From: Candidatus Binatia bacterium
GTDB lineage: Bacteria > Desulfobacterota > Binatia > HRBIN30
Length of the DNA: 64,000 nt
Assembly (NCBI GenBank): GCA_038245295.1
Contig: JBBRSP010000018.1
Location: 1 to 64,000, forward strand
Direction of reading: 5' to 3'
A program made the position numbers and the translations under genes. The notes beneath the pieces are model-generated. The model ran no database searches, had not been told where the DNA came from, and was given only the letters and a program-made list of their open reading frames with translations. Every line of letters begins with the position of its first letter. The first letter of the stretch is position 1. This document shows positions 1 to 10,900 of the stretch, one piece after another.

Positions 1-1504
1 GTGCTAGACACATCGTGACGCGATGGATGGTGGCTGGAGGTGATGAGGATGGGGCAAAGCGGAGCACGGGTGGTCGAAGCGGATCGTAGCCAATTACAGC
101 TGCGGCCCTTCGATCTGGACTCAACCATTCCCCAAGACCACCGGGCGCGATTGTTGTGGCGGGCAGTCGAGGCGTTGGACCTGGCGGCATTCTACGACCG
201 CATCAAGGCACGGGTCGGCGTTGCCGGTCGGCCTTCGGGGGATCCGAAGGTGTTCGTAGCCTTGTGGCTGTACGCGACCATGGATGGCGTTGGACCGGCG
301 CGCGAGGTGGAAAGATTGTGTAAGGATCACCGCGCCTACCGCTGGATCTGTGGCGGGGTGCCGGTGAACTACCATACCTTGAGCGACTTCCGTGTCGATC
401 ACGGCACCGCGCTGGACGAATTGATGACACAGGTTCTTGCCGTATTAATGGAAAGCAAGCTGATCACGCTGCAACGGGTAGCCCAGGACGGCTTGCGTGT
501 ACGGGCCAGCGCCGGCTCGGGATCGTTCCGGCGCAAGAAGAAACTCAAGCAGTATCTAAAGGAAGCGCGTGAGCACGTAGAGGCGGTTAAGAAGCAGGCC
601 GATGATCCGGCCGTAAATGCACGCGTGCAAGCTGCACGCGCGCGTGCGGCGCGAGAGCGCGAGGATCGGGTGAAGGCGGCGCTGGGGGCGCTCAAGGAAG
701 TCGAGGAGAAGCGCCGTGCCGAGTATACGGGTGGGCGCAAGCCCAAGGGCGAGCCGCGTGGCTCGATGACGGACGCGCAGGCGCGCAAGATGCGCATGGC
801 CAACGGAGGCTTCTCGCCCGGGTACAACGTGCAGTTCGCCACCGACGCGGCCAACGGAGTGATTGTCGGAGTCAGCGTCACGAATAATGGAAGCGACAGC
901 GGGCAAGCGCCACCGATGATCGAACAGATCGAGAAGCGGGCGGGTAAGAGACCCGGCGCGTATCTGGTCGACGCTGCGTATACAGACAAGAAGAGCGTGG
1001 ATAAACTGGCTGAGATGGATGTGACTCTGTACGGCTCGGTTGTAGAGCGTTGGGGTAAGGATCCGTTCAAGCCGCAAATGACAGACTCTGCGGCCGTGAG
1101 CGCCCTACGCAAGCGGATGGGCAGCGCGGAGGGCAAAGAGATTTACAAAGAGCGCTCGCAGCTGAGCGAGCGGGTCAACGCCGACGTCCGGACGTATCGG
1201 ACAATGGACCGAATGCTGGTGCGCGGTACCGGGAAGGTACTGTGCATCGCACTGTGGAATGCGTTGGCGCTCAATCTGATGCGATGGTTTGCGCTGACAT
1301 CGATCAGCTGAGAGGCCCTCAGGCCCCCAACGAGTGACCTCTCAGGGGTCAATAGAGATCCAACAAGGGTCGCTAAAGATGTGGCCAGGCGATTCTCGCG
1401 CCACGCTCACGGTGCCCAGACATTTTGGGCTTGGGCTTTCAAATGGGCGGCTCAGGGGACGCGTTCACCAGAGCCAGGGAAAACCGGATTCTTTCACAAG
1501 CTTC
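1..1504 (+). mobile_element. IS1182-family insertion sequence (left end outside window)
   Basis: Transposase followed ~180 bp later by TTCTTTCACAAGCTTC (1489-1504), which resembles IS1182-type right ends. The left IR is not visible, so the boundary is inferred. Confidence 0.6.
40..1311 (+). CDS. IS1182-family DDE transposase
   Basis: 423-aa ORF with N-terminal DUF772-like motifs (DH..R.LW..VE.LDL, GRP..DPK, LWLYA, YRWICGG..VNYHTLSDFR) and DDE-region motifs (VAQDGLRVRASA, GYNVQFATD, LVDAAY, Y..R....E). The start could be the ATG at 43 or 49. Confidence 0.9.
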   Translation: MMRMGQSGARVVEADRSQLQLRPFDLDSTIPQDHRARLLWRAVEALDLAAFYDRIKARVGVAGRPSGDPKVFVALWLYATMDGVGPAREVERLCKDHRAYRWICGGVPVNYHTLSDFRVDHGTALDELMTQVLAVLMESKLITLQRVAQDGLRVRASAGSGSFRRKKKLKQYLKEAREHVEAVKKQADDPAVNARVQAARARAAREREDRVKAALGALKEVEEKRRAEYTGGRKPKGEPRGSMTDAQARKMRMANGGFSPGYNVQFATDAANGVIVGVSVTNNGSDSGQAPPMIEQIEKRAGKRPGAYLVDAAYTDKKSVDKLAEMDVTLYGSVVERWGKDPFKPQMTDSAAVSALRKRMGSAEGKEIYKERSQLSERVNADVRTYRTMDRMLVRGTGKVLCIALWNALALNLMRWFALTSIS

Positions 1505-1596
1505 ACGTCCCCTTTGCCGTCTGCCGACATCCCGATTGAGAATCGCGAGAATCGCAACCACGTCCCCTTTGCCGTCTGCGTCCCCTTTGCCGTCTG
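1504..1596. repeat. Three copies of the 18-bp repeat CGTCCCCTTTGCCGTCTG
   Basis: Exact copies at 1506-1523, 1561-1578 and 1579-1596, directly after the putative IS end. Confidence 0.9.
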
Positions 1597-1644
1597 GCAC
1601 GGTCGGTCGACATCGCGGCACGGTGCTCCTATCGCCCCCCGTTC

Positions 1645-4419
1645 TCACGCTTCGAGGCGTGCCGCTGCCCGCTGCTCGAACAGCAGGGAACCCTGCTCCT
1701 GCGCGATTCGGACCGCCGTAGCGAAGTGCTCGCCGGCCTTCTCGTGCTCACTCCGTGCCGCCGCCACCTCGCCGCGCACTCGCATGATCTCTGCCTCGAA
1801 CGCCGGTTCCGGCTGGATGCGCTCCAACTCCGCCGCGGCCAGTTGGGGGGATCCATCCGCGAGATAACCCTCTGCCAGATAGGCATGCATGATCGATTGG
1901 TGCCAACGTTCCGTCGTTGCCTCGCGCCGCCGCACCGCCACCTCGAAGCTGCCGAGCGAGCCGCGGCCAAGCTTCCACTGTGCCCATGTCAGAGAGCAGC
2001 GAGCGGCGTCCGGGTGAACCGCAATGCCGAACTCTTCGCCCACCGCAATGGCGCGCTCCCCGAGCCCGTACGCTTCGTACGGGTCGTGAGCGAGCATACA
2101 GTTGTAGCTGAGAACACCGTAGAGCGTGGCGCGACCATATGGGCTCGTCGTCGCGTCGATGGCGGCGAGACTCGCGTTGCGATGGTTCACTGCGCGGGAA
2201 TTGTCCCCACAGACAATGAAGATAGTATTCGTAGTCGCATGCGAGAACGCCGCGAGGTTCAAGTGCCAGGGGAACTCCTTTGAAGCGATGGCCAAGCGAG
2301 CACAAGCATTCTCTGCGAAAGGCCGCGCGACACTGTATGCCCCCAAGCGCGCCTCGGCGAGGGCGCTGTAGATGTAGGCAACCGCCAGGAGCTCCGGGCG
2401 ACCGACCTCGGCGACGCGGACCAACTCGGCTGCGAAGGTGCGAGCTTCAGCTGAGCTGCTCATGGCGGAGGTCATGCAGAGCCCGAGCTGCGAGCGAAAG
2501 TACAAGTCGGGTGCCTGGTGGATTTCCGAGAACTCAAGATTACGGGCATAGGCATGGTGGACGCGCGGATCGCAAATGCCGCTCAAGACGGTCAGTAGAT
2601 TTCCGTAGGCTAGCCTGCGCTCGCACAGCCGAAGCGCGGTGGCCGTCCTTCCCGCGTTGGGGGACGTGGTAAGAGATGCAGCGTAGATGCGCTCGCCCAC
2701 CTCGATGGCCTGGCAGAGAAATCCGGCCGCCTCAGCGTAGGCCGAGCGCTCGACGGCATCGCCGGCGGCAATGTCGAGGTAGAACAGCTGCCGATCGAAA
2801 TGACCGGCGGCACCAAAATGCATAGCGAGTCTTGGGGCCATCAGGGCAGGCGTCGCGCGGTAGTCGTGCGCCAAACCTTCCGCGATTCGCACGTGGTATA
2901 GACGGCGTTGCACCGCCGACAGCCCTTCCGCGAATGCCCTCCTGTACAGATCATGGCGGAAGCGATAGCGGTCCCATGGCAAGCCATCGGGGAGGATCTC
3001 TTCCCCGACGAGCGCGATAAACGGCCCTGCGTCCGCCAGGCCGCGACACGTCGACGACACAGTTTCCGGGGATAGGTCGACGGCCACGGCCAGCGACTTG
3101 TCGGTGAATTCCTCGCCGACAACGCTGGCGGCTTCGAGCACGGCGATTGCCTCCGGGGCAAGCTCGCGCAGGTGTTGTTGGATCAGCTCGCGGGTGCGTT
3201 CGGGGAAGAGGTGCGCGAGGTCGTTGGCCGAGACGGTGAGGCGCCAGCCGTCGTCTGTCGGAGCCAGCCAACGCCGGCCGAGCAACGCACTAAGCATTTC
3301 TTCGAGCATGAGCGCATTTCCGCCGCTCTTCGCCTCGAGCGCTGGACCAAGCTGTCTGGCGAGGTCGACGTCTCCGAAGCGTTCTTCCACGTACGCGCGC
3401 ACCTGGGACGAAGTAAACGCTTCGAGATACAGATGTATAGCCTTTGAGCTTGAGACGAGCCTACCAACGAGCTGCCGCAGGGGAGTGTTGGCAGGGCGTG
3501 GTCGATACGTGGCGACGACCATAAGCTGTGCATGTCCTGCGCGGCTCGCCAAGGTGTTCAGCAGGTCCAGTGTGGGTGCGTCGGCCAGATGGATATCTTC
3601 GAGAACGACTAAGGTGGGGTTCTCGGCCGAGATCGCCTCGAACAACCGCGCCGCCTCGCGCAGCACGCGTGCCGTGCCGGTTCCTGCCAAGGACGCTCGT
3701 AGGGCCGCCATTTCATCCGGCGGAAGCAGCCACGGGATACGCGCCAGCCAACTCGGGGCGTAGGCTCGCAACGCAGGCAGAAGATCGCTTTCGGCGAGAG
3801 CAGATTCGAGAGCGTCGGCGATGGGCCCGTAGGGTTCCGGGTCCCACTCACAGTCCAAACACACGCCACGCAGGATAAGGGGTGATGTTTGACATTGAGC
3901 CAACCTAGCTCCCTCTTGGCTCAACCGATCGACAAACGCTCCCACCAAGGTAGTCTTGCCAACCCCGGCGAAGCCTTCGATCAGTGCAAACTGTCGCTGT
4001 CCGCGACACGCCTTCTCCCAGAGCTGTACGAGCTGGCTCTGCTCGTGCTCGCGGCCAACAAAGATTTGAGCACGCCGCAGGGGCGTCGCCGTGGGTGTTG
4101 GAGCCGCAACGGCCGGTTCGGTCGTGACCAGGCGATAGCCGCGCCGGTGTTGGGTTTCGATGCGAACGCTGGGGTCGGCGGCCAAGGCCCGCCGCAACTC
4201 GTGTATGACGTTCGTCAATGCTTGGGGCGTGGTGGCCTGACCCGGCCAGATACGATCGAAGAGCTCGGCTCCGGTGACCAGCACTCCGGGGCGTTCGACC
4301 AGATGGAGCAGCACTTGCCACGTCTTCGGGCGGAGGGCGACGGCGATCCCGTTGTGAACGAGACGTTCGTTGGCACGGTCGACGACGAACACGCCAAGCA
4401 AGGAGTTCTGGATCGGCAT
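1645..4419 (-). CDS. wHTH (OmpR/CadC-type) - AAA ATPase - TPR transcriptional regulator (STAND-like)
   Basis: N-terminal Trans_reg_C-like region (LRPKTWQVLLHLVERPG..LFDRIWP..ELRRAL..IETQHRRGYRL), FVGRE, Walker A GFAGVGKT, Walker B LVVLEDIH, YRFRHDLY, helical TPR-like C-terminus. Confidence 0.9.
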   Translation of the reverse strand: MPIQNSLLGVFVVDRANERLVHNGIAVALRPKTWQVLLHLVERPGVLVTGAELFDRIWPGQATTPQALTNVIHELRRALAADPSVRIETQHRRGYRLVTTEPAVAAPTPTATPLRRAQIFVGREHEQSQLVQLWEKACRGQRQFALIEGFAGVGKTTLVGAFVDRLSQEGARLAQCQTSPLILRGVCLDCEWDPEPYGPIADALESALAESDLLPALRAYAPSWLARIPWLLPPDEMAALRASLAGTGTARVLREAARLFEAISAENPTLVVLEDIHLADAPTLDLLNTLASRAGHAQLMVVATYRPRPANTPLRQLVGRLVSSSKAIHLYLEAFTSSQVRAYVEERFGDVDLARQLGPALEAKSGGNALMLEEMLSALLGRRWLAPTDDGWRLTVSANDLAHLFPERTRELIQQHLRELAPEAIAVLEAASVVGEEFTDKSLAVAVDLSPETVSSTCRGLADAGPFIALVGEEILPDGLPWDRYRFRHDLYRRAFAEGLSAVQRRLYHVRIAEGLAHDYRATPALMAPRLAMHFGAAGHFDRQLFYLDIAAGDAVERSAYAEAAGFLCQAIEVGERIYAASLTTSPNAGRTATALRLCERRLAYGNLLTVLSGICDPRVHHAYARNLEFSEIHQAPDLYFRSQLGLCMTSAMSSSAEARTFAAELVRVAEVGRPELLAVAYIYSALAEARLGAYSVARPFAENACARLAIASKEFPWHLNLAAFSHATTNTIFIVCGDNSRAVNHRNASLAAIDATTSPYGRATLYGVLSYNCMLAHDPYEAYGLGERAIAVGEEFGIAVHPDAARCSLTWAQWKLGRGSLGSFEVAVRRREATTERWHQSIMHAYLAEGYLADGSPQLAAAELERIQPEPAFEAEIMRVRGEVAAARSEHEKAGEHFATAVRIAQEQGSLLFEQRAAARLEA

Positions 4420-4465
4420 TCTTGCTCCCCTATGCGGCCCGCGTCGAAGTATAGCAAACGCAATT

Positions 4466-4584
4466 CGGGTCGCCGCCCGTTCAGGGCTTCAAGGCGACCA
4501 CACGCCCCGGAGAAACGCTTGTTTCAGAAATGTGTGGGTTCTGTGAGGACTTCACGGGAGTAGAGCGTGTAGACCCGTCGCGCC
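4466..4584 (+). repeat. ~120-bp direct repeat, copy 1 (divergent promoter region)
   Basis: Aligns with 14999-15126. The 32-bp core TCAGAAATGTGTGGGTTCTGTGAGGACTTCAC is identical (4524-4555 vs 15065-15096). Confidence 0.95.
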
Positions 4585-4881
4585 ATGAGTGATTCTCTCC
4601 TGCGCCGCGGCGCTCCGATTGTTGCGGAACGGCCCATGTATCCGCTCGATCGCGCCTTCATCATTGAAGTACACCGCGGCGCTGACCTGGACGCCGGCAC
4701 CTGCCGCGGGAGGGTCGAGCACATCACCTCCGGGCACACGCGTGGGTTCACCAGTCTGGTGGAATTATTTGAAATCCTCGCCGAATCGGCGGGGGCAGCG
4801 GTACCAGGTCCGACCCCGAGCGTGATGCAAGGGGCGAACAATCTTCCCGCACCGCGACCAGAGCAACCTTTCAAACGATAG
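4585..4881 (+). CDS. Small hypothetical protein (AFII..H...GRVEHITSG....FTSL.EL motif)
   Basis: The ATG directly follows the repeat. The motif resembles small unannotated proteins I recall beside wHTH-AAA regulators. It ends 30 bp before the giant gene. Confidence 0.7.
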   Translation: MSDSLLRRGAPIVAERPMYPLDRAFIIEVHRGADLDAGTCRGRVEHITSGHTRGFTSLVELFEILAESAGAAVPGPTPSVMQGANNLPAPRPEQPFKR

Positions 4882-4911
4882 TTACCTGCATTGGAATGGA
4901 GTTCATGTCTT

Positions 4912-7900
4912 ATGTCGAAGCCAGCTGAGGAAAAATTCGGCCTATCGTTGCTCCCGGTCGCCGCCGGCGGTCTATTGCTGGCGCTGCTGTGCGCCGGGTG
5001 GCTTACACCGGCGCCGCCGGCTCTCGGACAGGCAGTCCCTACGTGCGGCAACGGCTTGGTCGAAGCGGGCGAAGCGTGTGATCCTGGCGGCAGGTGCTCG
5101 CCCATTGACGGCAGTGTGTGCAACTCGGATGGCGACTGCCCATCTGGCGCCAGGTGCATCGCGCTCGGCGGCGACGGTGACTGCTGCTCGGCTACGTGCC
5201 AGGTGGAAGAGTCCATGTCCTGCGGCACCTGCGACGATGGTGAAGACAACGACCACGATCAGCTGGCCGATCGCTTCGATCCCGAGTGCGCGTCGCTCTA
5301 CGAACTCTACGGCGAAGCCTTGGTGGCGACCGACAACATTCGGGCGCAGCGCGGCGCCGACTTTGCCAGCGAATCCAGTGTGCGCTCGTTTGGCGGCAGC
5401 GAACGGTCCTATTTGTCGCCCAGTCCGCCCTACCCACCGTATGCTCCCTATCCACTAGGACCGAGCGGTGCCGCATCGTGCCTGCCAAGCGCTTCCTTCG
5501 GTGCTGGTTCCAGGTTCGATGGTCCGGTGGCCCTGCGTGGTAGATCTCTGTTCTCAACGTACCGCTTGGGTGAGGTTGGGCCGACCATGTTCGCCGGAAT
5601 TCCGGCTGATAGCGACCCGATGCTGTTCGCTGGATTGCCCGGCCTAGTATCCATCGTTCCTCCGGGTACGGAGATTTTCTCCGCACAGTACCGGCCCCTG
5701 CTTGGCATTGGGACGTGTCGAACAGCAGGTACTCCTTGCGTCACCGATCTCGATTGCCCCGGCGTCAACGAACCCTGCCAAGGTAAGTTCGCGTTATCCG
5801 ATCCCGCTGCGGTAGCCCAGGGTCTGGTCGATCGCACCGGAACCGCCGAGTCGTTTGTCGATTGCCTGGCTGCTCTCGATGAGTTGGGCGCCCTGCCGGA
5901 CTTGCTACGGCAACTAGCCCCGACGCGTCCCGCGCTGAAGGAGATTCGGCTCACACGGCGTAGCGGGGATAAAGTCATTACTCTGGCGGACGACGTAGAC
6001 GAGGTGCTCGACCTGGCTTCTCTGCGTGTGGGCTATTCCCGAACCCTGACCCTACGCGGCAACCCGAAGAGTCTCATTTTGCGCGTCAGAGGAAACGTTG
6101 AATTTTGGAAGAGTTCGCACATCGTCCTGGCGGGCGGCTTGACGCCAGATCGCGTTCTTTGGTTCCTCGATGGAAAGGCACGACTTAGCTTTGCGTCGCG
6201 CCAGAGGTTGGCTGCTCCAAGCGCGATCCACGTGTACGGAACATTTGTGGCTTTGGATCTGCCGACCGCCTCGACGATCGGCTCCAATTCTCGACTCAGC
6301 GGGGCCCTTTTCTCCAAGCAGGTTAAACTCAGCCAGCGCGCCACCCTGGAGCACGTTCCGTTCTCGCCCTTGCTGCCGATCGACCTCAAGATCGAAAAGA
6401 CGGGCGCCCCGAACCCACCGAATCCTGCCCTCGCCCCTGACGTGACCACGGTCGTGGCAGGCGAGAACCTACGTTACACCCTAAGCGTAACCTACAGCGG
6501 CCCTTCGTATGCTCCCGCGGTGACGGTCACCGATACGCTCCCGGGCGAAGTCGAGTTTGTCGCGGCAACCCCCTCACGCGGGACTTGCCTGCATGACGGC
6601 CATGCTTCGGGGGGCACGGTCACGTGCTATCTCGGCACGCTAGCGCGCGCGGACCAGGAGCCGATCAATCTGACCACGATCATCATTGACGTGCGCGTCC
6701 GCAACAACATCGACGGCAACATTCTCAATACCGCACGGGTGTCTGCTGCTATCGGTGAAACCAAACCCTCCGACAACCAAGCATCGCTGCTGACACCGGT
6801 CATTACTCTGTGCGACATCTTCGTGGGCCCGCCGACCGCGCCCACTTTTGCGCTCGTCACCGACAGTGGCGCCTCCAACAGCGACGGTATCACCAACGTA
6901 CCGGACGTAGTCGTCCACTACGCCCGCTGCGGTACCTGGGAGTACCAAGTGGACAATGCTGGCTGGCTGACCGGTAGCGGCAGCGGCTTTCAGCTCTCGC
7001 CCGGCAGTCACAGCTACGTCGTGCGTCACACCGACCAGAACGGCACGCTGAGTCCGGCCAGCGATCCACGGGTGTTCGAGTACAAGAGCACTTCCGCACT
7101 GCTTGGAGTGACCCTGGTCGACGCCAGTGACGCTGCGATCGCGGGTGACGCCACCCATGATGCCAGTGCAACACTGGCGGTCAGTGGGATCGAGGTGAAC
7201 GCGGAATGGAGTTACCTCGTCGACCTCGGCGATACCTGGACTCCCGGCAGCGGCAATCACATCCCATTGGTCGAAGGCAAGCATGAATATGTGATCCGTC
7301 AGATCGATGTGGCCGGTAACCAAAGCGGGACCGGCGGTGGCTTTACGCGCGACACCAGCGGAATCGGCACCCTGACGATGGCACTGGTCGAGGACACCGG
7401 TACTCCGGGCGACGGCATTACTGCCAATCCGCTCGTGCAGGTCAGTGGAATCAAGGCTGGCGCGATCTGGGAATACAATATCGACGGGCATCCGGTGTGG
7501 ACGCGCGGCAAGGACGATCGCTTCGAGCTGATTGCGGACACCCACGTCTATTCGGTGCGGCAATCCGACGACGCCGGCAACAAGTCTACCTCCGATCCCG
7601 TCGAGTTCAGCCTTTCGACCGGCGTACAGATCCCGTTGCTACGTCTCGAAGTCGATAGCGGCCCGGGCGAGGGTGGCATTCTGGTCGACGGCATCAGCAA
7701 CCAGCCTAAGGTTCTGGTCTACTACCTGGAGTCCGCAGCCACCTGGGAATATCGCATCGATGGCGGCGCATGGATTACCGGAGTCGGCGACAGCTTCAAC
7801 ATGCTCCAAGACGGAACCAAGCATAGTTATTTCGCGCGCCAGACCAGCGTCGGGGGAGTTCGCAGCCTAGAAAGTCCGGAGGCGATGTTACAGTTCGACA

Positions 7901-10900
7901 ATGTTCCGCCAGCGGCGCTGGGCATTGCCCTGGTTTCCGATAGCGGTCTGCCGAGTGACGGCATCACCAACGTGTCGAGCATTCAAATCATCGGCCTCGA
8001 TGAGGGGGATTTGTTCGAGTACCAGCTCGACGGTGGCGCCTGGTTGCTGTGGCGTTCCGACGTAATAGCAATGCAAGTCGGGACCCACTCCTATGCCGTG
8101 CGCCGTTACGACGTTGCCGGCAACGTTTCCACCGTCACTTCGGCGACTTTCACCTACCTGAATGCCGATGTCGGCGCCCCAACCCTGGTGTTGAACCAGG
8201 ACGCGGGCATCGATCCGAGCGACCGGACTACCAATCTTGGTCAGGTCAACGTCATCATTAGCGGTGCCGACCCGGCGGCGAGCTGGGAGTATCAAGTGGA
8301 CAATGGAGCTTGGCAGCCGGGCAGCGGCCACAGCTTCCAGGCCATCGCCGGCGTCCACACCTATCGGGTGCGTCAGAGTGACGTGGCTGGAAACAACAGC
8401 CCCGCCAGTGATCCGTTCACTGTCCATTTCTTACTCGCGGCTCCGGTCTTCATCAGTTTGAACCATGCCGTGGTCGCCGACCCGGACAGCGAGCGACAGA
8501 CCCTCATCGGCACGAACACCGTGCTCTACACCGCCGAGGCGACCGATCCGGATGGCAACGGTGTGACCTATGGCCTGCTCGACGACAGCCTCTTCACAAT
8601 CGACCACGCTACCGGAGCCCTGCGTTTTAAGGAGCCGATCGGCTACATCCTCGGCGGCGCCAACGTATACACCGCGCAAATCATCGCCATCAGCGACGCT
8701 GGTAACAGCAGCCAGCTGAACGTCGAGGTGCAGGTGGTAAGGACCAACTCCGCCGCGCCACAAATCGATCTAGGGGAAGTAAAGACGGGCGTGCTCACTC
8801 CGGATGCCGCGTACGACTCGCTGATTCTTCATCCGCAGGGTGGGTCTTTGGGTAAGATCACCGGTACCCTCAAGCGCCTGAGCTCGCTTGGCGAGGTCGA
8901 TACTGGATTCACCCCGGTAACGGTTGGCAGCAACGTTCGGGTTGTGGTGGACGGCCAGGGGCGGATCTATGTCGTTTCCACCGGGGGCTTGAACTTCAGC
9001 GTCACCCGCTACGGCGCCGGCGGCACGCTCGACAGCGGATATGGCAGCGGCGGAACGGTCACCTTCAGCCCCAGCTCAAATACCAACCTCTACCGTGTAA
9101 CTGATGTCGGGGTCCGTAGTGATGGCACCCTCTTCGCCGTGGGAGAGCAGGAGCCAACTTCCAGCGTATCCACAGCAGTCGACTCCGCACTGTGGATCGC
9201 TTCTCCCAACGGTGCCATTCTGACGAATAGCGTAACCAATTTCATTGCCGGTGCTACGGACGTGAACCTTAAGGTTCTACCCGGGAGCAATCCTGGGCAT
9301 CTCTATGTGCTCAACCTGTATACGACCACCAACATCCTCTACCGGTTGCATCGCTACATCAATGGCGCCTTGGACAGCAGTTTCGGTTCAGGGGGGGAAG
9401 TAGCCTTTGGGATTGTGCCGCCCAAGGGAGCTTGGGTCGATCCACAGGGTCGTATTTTGATACTGACAAACACTGGGAATCTCACCCGCTATTCCGCCAA
9501 TGGTGTGGTGGACGGCAGCTACAGCGCGCCAACCCTTCCGGTAGGAGACATAAGTGGCGTTGCCTTCGCAGCGGACGGAGGGCTCTTTTACTTCACGTCC
9601 GATAGCGCTGCCGCGACGGTTCGTCGCCTCAATGCGAACGGGGCGCTGAATACCAGTTTCGGAGCGAACGGGGTGCTGTCCCTCGGGCCGAAATCACATG
9701 CCGGTTCCGTCGGAGGAACAGCCGTGACCAGCGCCCTCTCTTTTGATGAATCGAGTGGGTTGCTGAATCTCGTTGGAAACTACTCTGACACGGATCTCGT
9801 TCGCCTCGTATGGACCATCACCCAAGTCGATAGCTCGGGTGTCTTGGATGATCGCTTCGGCGATGTGGCCTTGACCATAACCGAGGGCAACCGTCCGATC
9901 GCCATGCTGACGACCGCGGCCAATATCATCGACATCGACAACGCCGGCACCAACTACGGTGGCGTTACCGTCACCATCGAACGACAGGGTGGAGCCAATA
10001 GCGACGACATCTTTGCGGCCCGAGGCGACCTGCAGCTCAATTCTCAGGGCGAGGTGGTTTGGGGCGCAACCGTGGTCGGCAGCTACACCCAGGGCAGCGG
10101 TCGACTCGAGATCATCTTCAACCAGCAGGCAACGCATACGGTCTTCGACGGTGTGTTGCGTGCGCTCACCTACTACAACAGCAGTCAGCATCCCACTGCT
10201 TTGGTGCGCCTGGCGTGGACGGTGAACGACCACGATCCGGCCGGCGCGCGCAGCACCTCCGCGACTCAGACCATCAACATTGCCGATGACTTCAAGGACG
10301 TGGGCGACGGCAAGATCATCACTCCGATGAATGGCGCTACGACGACTCTCAAGAATTACGCGCTGATCAACGGCAGGCACTACTACCTTGCGTCCAACCT
10401 CACCCATGACCAGTTGGACCAGCGCTTCAACGGTGGGTCGGATACCACCGACACGGCGCGTACCGTCGTCCAACCGGATGGCAGCACCTTCAAACTCCTG
10501 ACGCAATCCGAGCTAGTGACCCTGAGGGCGACCCCGAACCTACCTAGCGCCTACGTAACCTCGGGCTTTACCGCCTACTGGACCGCCTCCCTCGGAAGCG
10601 GCCCGGGAAATCATGTCGCGTATGCGTTCGGTAGCTACGGATCCAGACCTGATTCTCAAACTGGCACAGCTTTCGTCGAGGCAATCCCTTCGCCCTTCAC
10701 TGTGTCGGGACCTGTGACTCCGCAGCTGTCGTTGGCAGAAGACAACGGTGATTTGCCCAACGATAACCTAACCTCGAACGGGCGCGTCAATATCCTCGGC
10801 TTCGAGCGCGCGCTGCCGCATGATTACAGCACCGACGGCGGGACGACCTGGACCAGTCGTGTCGCCGGGTCGGAGCTCTTCTTCATTCTTCCCGAGGGCG

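Noticed and set aside
1504..1596. Possible mini-CRISPR array
   Set aside because: The repeat is only 18 bp, two of three copies are adjacent with no spacer, and there are no cas genes.
10297..10690. Diversity-generating retroelement
   Set aside because: No reverse transcriptase and no adenine-variant template repeat seen in the window.
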